Assembly: GCA_050298595.1 (NCBI GenBank)
Contig: JBNKUM010000118.1
Coordinates: forward strand, 1-64,000
Reading direction: 5' to 3'
Length of the DNA: 64,000 nucleotides
From: Gammaproteobacteria bacterium
GTDB taxonomy: Bacteria; Pseudomonadota; Gammaproteobacteria; GCA-001735895
In this document: positions 10,094 through 18,296 of the stretch, piece by piece
How the letters are laid out: each line of letters opens with the position of its first letter
Position numbering within the stretch: the stretch's first letter is position 1
Program-made: the position numbers and the translations under genes
The notes under the pieces: model-generated
Seen by the model: the letters and a program-made list of their open reading frames with translations, nothing else
Told to the model about the DNA's origin: nothing
Database searches by the model: none

Positions 10094-10284
10094 AACCCTA
10101 TCGTTGCATAAATTTTCGGCCCAGTAGCGCTTCGCTCCTTCTATGGCCGCGTTTTCAGGGTCGTGCTCAATTTTTCTCATCCTCACATAGGGTTAAGCTA
10201 TGCTCCGGTTAGAAAAATCTGCACGCGCTCCTGAAAATACCGCTCTAAAAGGACCCGAGCTCGAAAATTTATGCAACGATAGGG
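10094..10284. mobile_element. Complete family-B MITE-like element
   Basis: Perfect 23-bp terminal inverted repeats CCCTATCGTTGCATAAATTTTCG (10096-10118) and CGAAAATTTATGCAACGATAGGG (10262-10284). Flanking direct repeat ATAATGCT at 10086-10093 and 10285-10292. No transposase inside. Confidence 0.88.
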
Positions 10285-10652
10285 ATAATGCTGTGGATCT
10301 CCTAGTTACTTTTATAAACTTTTCATTAGTTTCAAAATTTTTATTACCAATTTACCTTTTACTCATTTCACTCTTACAAAGGATTTGGACTTTCTTTTAA
10401 TAAATTTTTAATAAACCTTTAATGAGCTTTAGCGAATTACACCCCGGTTATCCGACATGTAATTGGCCGTTTAATTTTTTAACCGGCAGGTTCGCTTCTT
10501 TCTCTTTTTTCTCTTAGCTTTTCTTTAAATCAGGGCTTATTTTTTATTTAAGCCCATTTTTCCAAGGCGGTTTGAAAAATGCTCTGAGTTCACAGGTTAA
10601 AACGAGAAACAGGTCTCATTTTTCAAAACCCAAATCAAGTTAGCCGTATTGT

Positions 10653-10668
10653 TGTGATTTAGTTCACA
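10653..10668. promoter_or_regulatory. CRP-type binding site in the divergent control region
   Basis: TGTGA-TTTAGT-TCACA is an exact TGTGA-N6-TCACA consensus in an AT-rich intergenic region. Confidence 0.7.
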
Positions 10669-11004
10669 CTTTCAACCGATCTGACTTTAGTGTTGTTCGA
10701 GAAGATCTCTATAAAAGTATTTGCATGCATAGTACACAGTGCCACAATAAAATTGCGCTTCTTTTATCAGAAAAAAATAACCATTGGTCACATTAAATTG
10801 GCGACAATTCCCAATTTAGTAAGAATTGAGAGGGGGTTCTGTTTCTAATATCCTATTGAAATAATAGCGTAACAATATCAGCTGAAGTAATGGATTATTG
10901 TTTTCAGGCACTGAATATTAGTGTGTTAATAAAATCGACACCAGAAAGAACATAAATACGTATAACTGCCACAAATGGTTCCATCGGCTCCGGCTGCAAC
11001 TGTT

Positions 11005-11070
11005 GTTAGCCAAAAGCGTTTGCCAAAAGTGTTTGCCAAAAAGAGTTAGCAAGAAGCGTTAGCAAAAAGC
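11005..11070 (+). repeat. Five tandem imperfect 13-bp repeats
   Basis: GTTAGCCAAAAGC / GTTTGCCAAAAGT / GTTTGCCAAAAAGA / GTTAGCAAGAAGC / GTTAGCAAAAAGC. Confidence 0.9.
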
Positions 11071-11147
11071 ATTGCCTGGGCTCATTGGCCTGTATAGCAT
11101 GTACGCCTCGACTAGAAGCGTGTGCGCCCTGACAAGGTATTCGAGAT

Positions 11148-13826
11148 ATGCAAGTATCCAATCGCAAGCCCTGCATGAAATACGCCTTCTGTGGCATTTC
11201 CTCCGCTTTGGTAATGGCTTGTGGGGGCGGTTCCAGCGGTGATCAGGAGCCGGACCCGGTCGCGGTGGATCTGCCTATTGCCTATGTCAAACGCCCCTTG
11301 CCCAGTGACGACCAGGGCGCGCGCAGCGCCGATAACGTGCTCACCCCCGCCGTCTTCAACCCCGGCGCGGAGCTGATCCTCAGGGACAGGGCCTCCGCCG
11401 GCGCCGGTGCGGTGACGGTTACCGCCGGCGTTTTCGAGGCGGGAGAGCTTTACGATGTTAAAGATCTGGAAGCTTCCAGTGACGGCGATAAAATTTTGTT
11501 TGCCATGCGCGCCCCCGAAATTGAAGGCCTCGATGAGGATGAGCAACCGAAATGGAATATCTGGGAATATGAACTCAGCAGCGACACCCTGCGGCGGATT
11601 ATTGAATCCGATATTGTCGCCGAGGCCGGCCAAGACTTGGCCCCGCACTACCTTCCCGATGGCCGCATTGTATTTTCGTCAACCCGCCAGCGCCGAAGCC
11701 GCGCAATTCTATTGGACGAAGGCAAACCGCAATACTCCGGCCTGGATGAAAGCAGAAATACTGAAGCCTTTGTGCTCCACGTGATGGACGACGACGGCGG
11801 CAATATCGAACAGATTACCTACAACCAGAGCCACGACCTGGACCCCACCGTACTGCAAAGCGGAGAAGTGCTTTTTACCCGCTGGGACAATATCGCCAAC
11901 CGCAACAGCCTGAGTTTGTACAAAGTCGATCCCAATGGCCGCAATCTCAGTATTCACTACGGCTACCACTGCCAGGATACTGGCACCGACGCCAGCACCG
12001 CGGTTTTTTTACAACCGCGGGAAATGCCCGACGGTAAAATTCTGGCGTCCCTGCGGGCGACGTCCAGCCTCAACCTCGGCGGCGATATAGTGGCCATAGA
12101 CAGCGCCAATTACACCGAAATCGATCAGCCGGTGGTGTTTAATTCCGGCGCCACAGGGCCGGGCCAGGAACCCCTGTCCACAGATACCGTGGTTACCACC
12201 GACATCGCCCCTTCCCCACACGGCCATTTCAGTTCTGCGTACCCGCTCTACGACGGCACCAACCGGCTGCTGGTAAGCTGGAGCCAGTGCCGCCTCACAG
12301 ACCCGGACACTGAAGAGATAATCCCCTGCACTGAGGAAAACCTGGCTATTGAAAATGTACAACAGGCTGCGCCTTTCTACGGCATCTGGATTTACAACCT
12401 CGACGATGGGACTCAACGGCCGGTGATAACGGCCACCGAGGGTACCCTGTTTACCGATGCCATTACCCTGGAACCCAGAACAGCGCCGACGTATATCGCT
12501 CCCAAAGAAGCGGTTCCGCGCACCGCGCTCAACGACGGTAACAACGATGAAAACGAAGTGGACGAAGACCTAGTGGCCGAGGGGGTAGGGGTTATTCATA
12601 TCCGCAGTGTTTACGACTTCGATGGCACAGATACATCACCGAACGGCATCGCCGACACCGCCGACCCGGCGTTGACAAGCGCCGATGAACGCCCGGCGCG
12701 GTTTCTGCGCATCGTCAAGGCAGTGCCGATTCCCGACCGGGATGTGCGCAATTTCGACAACAGTGCCTTTGGTGTCAACGCCAGCCAGTCGATGCGGGAC
12801 ATTATCGGTTATGCGCCAATCGAACCGGACGGCTCGGTAAAAATCAAGGTGCCGGCAGACATTCCCTTTGCCATCTCGGTACTGGATGGGCAAGGCAAAC
12901 GTCTGCCGGGTTACGCCCGCCATCAGAACTGGCTGCAGCTGCGCCCCGGCGAAGTGCGCGAGTGTAACGGCTGTCACACGGCCGATAGTGAAATCCCCCA
13001 CGGGCGCCCCGGCGCCGGCCCCGCTTCAATCAACAGTGGCGCTGTCGCCGTCGGTGAGGCTTTCCCAAACACCAATCCCCGATATTTTGCCGGCGATCCA
13101 GGGGAAACAATGGCAGAGATTTACGCCCGGGTGGAGGGTATTCGCACCCCGAGTCTGGATATCGAATTTGTCGACGAATGGGTGGACCCGGACAATGCCG
13201 CCACACCCGCGGCCGACAGCTTCGCGCTTGCCTACAACGACCTCGACACCCCCAAACCCACCAGCGATCAATGTATCACCACCTGGACCCCCCTCTGCCG
13301 TACCACACTGCATTACCCGACTCATATTCAGCCATTATGGGAAAAGGACCGCGGCGACAACACCTGTATCAATTGCCACAGCGACCAGGATGCCATGGGG
13401 AATCTGCGCGAGCCGGCGGGACACCTCGATTTGAGCGGCGCCACCTCCAACGCCAACACCGCCTACCTTGTCTCCTACCTGGAGCTACTGCGCACCGATG
13501 TGGAGCGCGAAGAAGTGGGCGGCCAACTACAACCGCGCCTCGAACTGGTCACCGATGCCGACGGCAACCCGGTTTACGAAACCAACCCGGACGACAGTCT
13601 GGTGACCGACGCCGACGGTAACCCGGTGCAGGCGACAACGACGATTCCTGTGACCCCAGCAATGTCGGCGGCCGGCGCCGCCGCGAGCTCCAACTTTTTT
13701 TCACCCGTGTTTGAAACCGTTGATCATAACGGCTTTTTGGAGCCGGCCGAGGTTAAACTGATCTCAGAATGGCTCGACATCGGCGCCCAGTACTATAATA
13801 ATCCGTTCGATGCGCCTGAGAATTGA
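11148..13826 (+). CDS. Lipoprotein with TolB/PD40-like beta-propeller, hydrazine-synthase-alpha-like middle domain and two c-type hemes
   Basis: Lipobox VMAC; PHYLPDGRIVFSSTR and DPTVLQSGEVLFTRWD propeller blades; GYAPIEPDGSVKIKVPADIP...GEVRECNGCH; second heme motif CINCH. Confidence 0.85.
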   Translation: MQVSNRKPCMKYAFCGISSALVMACGGGSSGDQEPDPVAVDLPIAYVKRPLPSDDQGARSADNVLTPAVFNPGAELILRDRASAGAGAVTVTAGVFEAGELYDVKDLEASSDGDKILFAMRAPEIEGLDEDEQPKWNIWEYELSSDTLRRIIESDIVAEAGQDLAPHYLPDGRIVFSSTRQRRSRAILLDEGKPQYSGLDESRNTEAFVLHVMDDDGGNIEQITYNQSHDLDPTVLQSGEVLFTRWDNIANRNSLSLYKVDPNGRNLSIHYGYHCQDTGTDASTAVFLQPREMPDGKILASLRATSSLNLGGDIVAIDSANYTEIDQPVVFNSGATGPGQEPLSTDTVVTTDIAPSPHGHFSSAYPLYDGTNRLLVSWSQCRLTDPDTEEIIPCTEENLAIENVQQAAPFYGIWIYNLDDGTQRPVITATEGTLFTDAITLEPRTAPTYIAPKEAVPRTALNDGNNDENEVDEDLVAEGVGVIHIRSVYDFDGTDTSPNGIADTADPALTSADERPARFLRIVKAVPIPDRDVRNFDNSAFGVNASQSMRDIIGYAPIEPDGSVKIKVPADIPFAISVLDGQGKRLPGYARHQNWLQLRPGEVRECNGCHTADSEIPHGRPGAGPASINSGAVAVGEAFPNTNPRYFAGDPGETMAEIYARVEGIRTPSLDIEFVDEWVDPDNAATPAADSFALAYNDLDTPKPTSDQCITTWTPLCRTTLHYPTHIQPLWEKDRGDNTCINCHSDQDAMGNLREPAGHLDLSGATSNANTAYLVSYLELLRTDVEREEVGGQLQPRLELVTDADGNPVYETNPDDSLVTDADGNPVQATTTIPVTPAMSAAGAAASSNFFSPVFETVDHNGFLEPAEVKLISEWLDIGAQYYNNPFDAPEN

Positions 13827-14637
13827 CAAACCAGCCATACGGATGCCCATGATCGACACAAAACCGCAGTACCCGTGGGCATTGCCAGCCGCTTTGCTCT
13901 TAGTGTTACTGATTACCCTGCCGGTCCTTTGCGCCTGGGCCGATGAGACAGCTGAAAGTGGTGATGAGCTGTTTGTGGTCGTTATCGCCGACCCCTATAT
14001 TGAATTACACAGCGGCCCCGGGCGGGGTTATCCCATTGTCCATGTCAGCGAAAAAGGTGAAACGGTTACCATCCTCAAGCAGCGCACCGACTGGTTTAAA
14101 ATCATGACCGCGCGCGGCAAAACCGGTTGGGTGAAACGCGAGCAGATGCAGGGGACGCTGGGACTGGATGGCCAGAACGTTGAACTCGGCGACCCCACAC
14201 AGTTGGATTATGTCGATCGGCGCTGGGAGATGGGGGTGCTCTGGGGCGATTTTGACGGCGCCAACGCGCTGACAGCATACGGCAGTTACCGTTTTACGCC
14301 CAACCTTTCCGCCGAACTGAAACTGGAGCAGGCGACCGGCAGTGTTTCCAACAGTAAAATGGCTAATCTGAACCTTGTCCACCAACCCTTTCCAGAATGG
14401 CGCTTTTCCCCGTTTTTTACCCTCGGCGTTGGCGTCATAAACACCGACCCGAGCGCGACCCTGGTGGAAACAGAGGACCGCACCGACAATGCCTTGTTGG
14501 TCGGCCTCGGCGCTTACTACTATTTTACCAGCCACTTTATGCTGCGGCTGGAATACAGCAACCATTTAATTTTAACCAGCCGCAACGAAAACGAGGAAGT
14601 ACACGAATGGAAGGCCGGATTCAGCGTATTTTTCTAG
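13810..14637 (+). CDS. Bacterial SH3 domain fused to an outer-membrane beta-barrel
   Basis: SH3b motif ELHSGPGRGYPI...W...GWV, then amphipathic strands ending GFSVFF. The start may instead be 13843 or 13849. Confidence 0.85.
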   Translation: MRLRIDKPAIRMPMIDTKPQYPWALPAALLLVLLITLPVLCAWADETAESGDELFVVVIADPYIELHSGPGRGYPIVHVSEKGETVTILKQRTDWFKIMTARGKTGWVKREQMQGTLGLDGQNVELGDPTQLDYVDRRWEMGVLWGDFDGANALTAYGSYRFTPNLSAELKLEQATGSVSNSKMANLNLVHQPFPEWRFSPFFTLGVGVINTDPSATLVETEDRTDNALLVGLGAYYYFTSHFMLRLEYSNHLILTSRNENEEVHEWKAGFSVFF

Positions 14638-15344
14638 AGCTGGCGCTCACCGCAACCCTCGCCCTGTGCTTGCCGGCGTCGTTGCAAGCACAGCAAGTCG
14701 GGGAAGAACGCCCCCCCGACACTCAGTCCGACGGCGACTCCACGGCCCGATCTGATACTCAATCCCACAACGAGAGCAACTCGGTGCTGGATAAAATTAT
14801 CACCCCGGAGATGAAACGCCGGCGGGTGCGGGAAGAGAAAATCGACAGCGAAGATATCGAGGTGGGGATTTTCTACGGCATCATGAGTATCGAGGATTTC
14901 GGCAGCAACAGAGTCACCGGCCTGCGCTTTGCCTACCACGTATCGGAGGATTTCTTTTTTGAAGCCAATTACGGGGAAAGCACGGCCGAAGAATCCAGCT
15001 TTGAAGTACTGAGCGGTACCGCGCAATTGCTGACGGATGAAGAAAGGGAACTCAGCTACTACAATCTTACTATCGGCTATAACCTGTTGCCGGGCGAAGT
15101 GTTTATCGGCGAAAAGTGGGCCTTTAATTCCAATTTTTACCTGATCGCCGGCGCCGGTAATACGGACTTCGCCGGCGATGAAGTGTTTACCTATACCCTC
15201 GGCGGCGGCCTGCGTCTGTTCGCCACTGATTGGGTGGCACTGCATCTGGATATGCGCGACCATATCTTCGATCTGGATATTTTCGGCGAAGAAAAAACCA
15301 GTAACAATCTGGAAGCCCATATTGGGCTAACGTTTTTTTTCTAA
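14607..15344 (+). CDS. Outer-membrane beta-barrel protein
   Basis: GAGGA RBS before ATG 14607 (MEGRIQRIF), signal peptide ending LQA, amphipathic strands, C-terminal GLTFFF. Confidence 0.85.
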   Translation: MEGRIQRIFLELALTATLALCLPASLQAQQVGEERPPDTQSDGDSTARSDTQSHNESNSVLDKIITPEMKRRRVREEKIDSEDIEVGIFYGIMSIEDFGSNRVTGLRFAYHVSEDFFFEANYGESTAEESSFEVLSGTAQLLTDEERELSYYNLTIGYNLLPGEVFIGEKWAFNSNFYLIAGAGNTDFAGDEVFTYTLGGGLRLFATDWVALHLDMRDHIFDLDIFGEEKTSNNLEAHIGLTFFF

Positions 15345-15395
15345 GTCAAAGTCACTTCGGCATCGGTATCAGTACAGAGGGGAGAGAGCAGCAAG

Positions 15396-15887
15396 ATGAA
15401 AGTTTTTTTTGCGGTATTCTGCGCAGCGGCGCTGACATTTCAAGCGTTTGCTGAAACCAAAAAACTCAGCGGCGCCGCCCCGGATTTCACTCTGAAAAGC
15501 CGCGCCGGTAAAAACCTGCGCCTGAAGGAACTGCGCGGGCAAGTGGTGATGTTGAATTTCTGGGCTTCCTGGTGCGGCCCCTGTCGCCAGGAAATGCCGC
15601 TGCTGGATCAACTTTATCAGCGCTACAATCGCGCCGGCTTTACTATTCTCGGTGTCAACCTGGATGCAAGCCCGGCCGATGCCAATCGCTATCTGAAAAA
15701 AACCGATGTCAGTTTTCCCATTCTTTACGATATCGAGAGCAGCGTCGGCGAGACTTTCCATGTCAGCGCCATGCCGACAACGATTTTGATAGATCGCAAC
15801 GGCAATTTGCGTTATCAGCACAAAAGTTATAAATCCGGGGATGAGGAGAAATACCGCCAGTACATTCGGGAGTTGATTAGAGAATGA
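15396..15887 (+). CDS. TlpA/ResA-family periplasmic thiol-disulfide oxidoreductase
   Basis: APDFTL, NFWASWCGPCRQEMP, cis-Pro motif AMPTT, and a signal peptide. Confidence 0.95.
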   Translation: MKVFFAVFCAAALTFQAFAETKKLSGAAPDFTLKSRAGKNLRLKELRGQVVMLNFWASWCGPCRQEMPLLDQLYQRYNRAGFTILGVNLDASPADANRYLKKTDVSFPILYDIESSVGETFHVSAMPTTILIDRNGNLRYQHKSYKSGDEEKYRQYIRELIRE

Positions 15888-16156
15888 ATAAATACAAACG
15901 GGCTCTCAACTGTATTTTCAAGTACATTTTCAAGTACAGCGCGGCACTGTGTCTTATTCTGCTGGGTGGCTGCAGCTCCCTGCCCAGCGGCATAGAGCCC
16001 TGGGTCAAACCCTATGAAAGACAACACCTGGCCGATCCGATTATGAGTTTCGAGCGCGATGCCGTCGCCACCCGTTATATCAACCACGTCTATGAAGCAC
16101 GCGAAGCCGCCCGCGGCGCCGAAGGCAGCGCAGGAGGTGGTTGTGGCTGCAACTGA
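15884..16156 (+). CDS. DUF4266 family small lipoprotein
   Basis: Lipobox LGGC, WVKPYER..LADPIM, C-terminal GGGCGCN. Confidence 0.9.
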   Translation: MNKYKRALNCIFKYIFKYSAALCLILLGGCSSLPSGIEPWVKPYERQHLADPIMSFERDAVATRYINHVYEAREAARGAEGSAGGGCGCN

Positions 16157-17330
16157 GATAACGCCGGCGGCCTGGCTGCGGCTGGCGCTGGCTTTGGTCA
16201 TTGCCGCCGTGGTGGCACTGCTGGCAAAAATGAGCCTGGCCACGGTGCTGCCGGAGGATCGCCTGGATATTCTCTACCACAGCTTCGACGGCGGCGGCGT
16301 AACAATTGACGGCCCTTCGGTTTTAGTGCGCAAGGAGTTCGCCGACGCGGTATCTGTTTACGCCAACTACTACGCGGATTATGTCAGCAGTGCTTCGATC
16401 GATGTTGAGGTTTCCGGCGCCAGCCGTTATGCCGAAGAGCGCACGGAGTACTCCGTCGGCGCCGAATATCTGCACGACCGCACCATCATGAACGTCAGCT
16501 ACACCAACAGCAGTGAAAATGACTATGACGCCGAAACCTTTGCCGTGGGAGTCAGTCAGGATTTTTTCGGCGATCTAACCACACTATCCATGGGCTTTAG
16601 CCTGGGTCAGGATGACGTCGGAAACAATACCGATGAGGCATTTGCCGAGGAAGCCGAACACCGCCGTTACAGCATCGGCCTGTCCCAGGTGCTAACAAAA
16701 AACTGGATCGCCAGTATTGGTCTTGAAACCGTCGCCGACGAGGGTTTTTTACAAAATCCCTACCGTTTTGTGCGCTTTCTCGCCCCATTCAGTGCCACAC
16801 CTTTCGGCACCGAAGCGGAAAATTATCCCGAAACCCGCAACAGCGATGCCGTGGCGCTACGCACTATCTATTATTTACCCTATCGGGCCGCCCTGCGGGG
16901 GGAATATCGCAACTACAATGACAACTGGGGCATTGAAGCTGACAACTTCGAGATCCGCTACACGCATCCGCTGAAAAGCAACTGGATGCTGGAAGCCAAA
17001 CTGCGTTTCTATAAACAGACCAAGGCCGACTTTTACAGCGACCTGTTCGAGTTTCGTAACGCACAAGAATTCAGAGCCAGAGACAAAGAGCTGAGTACTT
17101 ACACCAACCGCACATTCGGCCTCGGTGTCACTTACCAACTGAAAGCGGACTTTTTATCTGCCTTCGAAAAAAGCACTGTCAATCTCTATTGGGATCATAT
17201 GCAGTTCGATTACGACGATTTCCGCGATGCCAGAGTCAGCCTCAATGATCCGACCGTAAACGCCGGCGAGGAACCTCTGTACAGCTTCGATGCTGATGTG
17301 ATTCGACTGTACTTTTCTTTTTGGTATTAG
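16143..17330 (+). CDS. DUF3570 family outer-membrane beta-barrel protein
   Basis: GTG at 16143 follows AGGAGG and overlaps DUF4266. Amphipathic strands, G.LQNPYR motif, C-terminal YFSFWY, canonical position after TlpA-DUF4266. Confidence 0.85.
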   Translation: MAATEITPAAWLRLALALVIAAVVALLAKMSLATVLPEDRLDILYHSFDGGGVTIDGPSVLVRKEFADAVSVYANYYADYVSSASIDVEVSGASRYAEERTEYSVGAEYLHDRTIMNVSYTNSSENDYDAETFAVGVSQDFFGDLTTLSMGFSLGQDDVGNNTDEAFAEEAEHRRYSIGLSQVLTKNWIASIGLETVADEGFLQNPYRFVRFLAPFSATPFGTEAENYPETRNSDAVALRTIYYLPYRAALRGEYRNYNDNWGIEADNFEIRYTHPLKSNWMLEAKLRFYKQTKADFYSDLFEFRNAQEFRARDKELSTYTNRTFGLGVTYQLKADFLSAFEKSTVNLYWDHMQFDYDDFRDARVSLNDPTVNAGEEPLYSFDADVIRLYFSFWY

Positions 17331-17349
17331 TGCTAACCCGGTCTCACAC

Positions 17350-17439
17350 GTAGCTTCTCAATAACCCGGGGTATTTGTGCTTTCTATCCGGCGGCCATCC
17401 GCCTGACACTGTGCCGCCCCCGGATTATTGAGAAGCTAC
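17350..17439. mobile_element. Family-A MITE-like element (90 bp)
   Basis: 22-bp terminal inverted repeats GTAGCTTCTCAATAACCCGGGG and CCCCGGATTATTGAGAAGCTAC (1 mismatch). The interior matches 23488-23590 apart from an internal deletion. Confidence 0.88.
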
Positions 17440-18036
17440 TTTCACACTACTACCCCTTAAAAAAATTTCACTGTAATGTTCTGCTACCATTTCAACATCA
17501 ATGTCTACATCCTGTTTTGAGCGATACCAGGAGGAAATTGAAGTCAGCAAACCAGTAAAAGCGCGCACCGAAATATAAACATCCAGATGTGGGTTCATCT
17601 CACCACGCTGTTGAGCCCGTGCAAATAACTGCTCCAGCCGCTTGTGGTAAAAATGAGATTGGCTGCGAATATTACCGCGCCGCTCAATGGGAATAAATTG
17701 GCGTTCGTCGTTGAACACTATCATATAGGCCGCACGATCTTGCAGGGATATCAGCGTGTGGTTAAAAATCGCCAGGATCCGATCGGCAAATGATTGGTCT
17801 GTTTCCAAAAGTGACTCCAGATACGCCGTCTGGTACTTGATCCCCTCCAGACACACCGCCTCCAGCGCCGCCTCTTTGGAAGGAAAATAATAATAAAGGC
17901 TACCCTGCTTGATATCGAGCCTATTAGCGATGTCAATAGTAGAGGCACCGTGATAGCCCTTGTCCGCAAACACAGCTGCAGCCGCGTCGACAGCCGCTAT
18001 ATAGCGCTTGTCATATTTGGATTTCTTATCCACCAC
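17425..18036 (-). CDS. TetR/AcrR family transcriptional regulator
   Basis: HTH VFADKGYHGASTIDIANRLDIKQGSLYYYFPSKE. Confidence 0.93.
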   Translation of the reverse strand: MVDKKSKYDKRYIAAVDAAAAVFADKGYHGASTIDIANRLDIKQGSLYYYFPSKEAALEAVCLEGIKYQTAYLESLLETDQSFADRILAIFNHTLISLQDRAAYMIVFNDERQFIPIERRGNIRSQSHFYHKRLEQLFARAQQRGEMNPHLDVYISVRAFTGLLTSISSWYRSKQDVDIDVEMVAEHYSEIFLRGSSVKVASQ

Positions 18037-18142
18037 AAAAAGCTCCCGCCTTCCGTATCATTTGAAAATTTTAAAGAAATCTGCGTCATCAAGGAAGCAG
18101 CATCTCGCAAGTTCTCGTTGCACCGAAAGCGACATAGCGAAA

Positions 18143-18217
18143 ATTTATAAATAGAGCTATAGAAAAACTTGCCATTCTATAAATTGACCTATAGAATTTC
18201 TATAAATTTATAGAAAT
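18143..18217. promoter_or_regulatory. Cluster of three operator-like palindromes between tetR and cysC
   Basis: TTTATA-AATAGAGC-TATAGA (18144-18163), ATTCTATA-AATTGACC-TATAGAAT (18174-18197), and a perfect 22-bp palindrome ATTTCTATAAATTTATAGAAAT (18196-18217). Confidence 0.75.
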
Positions 18218-18296
18218 ATGCCGATGCACACCCACTGTGGTTAGCCGCTAACAGGGCTGTAGAATATAGAGCAAAAAAACAAGAGGGGTATTTTTG

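Noticed and set aside
10200-10400. 66-aa ORF starting in the family-B MITE (also 25296-25487 in family C)
   Set aside because: It has no transposase motifs and is a chance frame through a non-coding palindrome.
11005-11070. Possible CRISPR array or iterons
   Set aside because: The units are 13 bp with no spacers, and there is no cas or rep gene in the window.
11148-13826. Anammox hydrazine synthase
   Set aside because: There are no beta/gamma subunits or other anammox genes; only the domain architecture is similar.
14397-14606. N-terminal extension of the second beta-barrel in the ORF track
   Set aside because: It overlaps the upstream gene by 240 bp. The RBS and signal peptide support ATG 14607. 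Similar over-extended starts were trimmed for DUF3570, pyrF, cmoA, eno and the CinA-like gene.
15914-15937. 12-bp tandem duplication (IFKY twice) in the DUF4266 signal peptide
   Set aside because: It is an in-frame slippage in an unconstrained region with no evident consequence.
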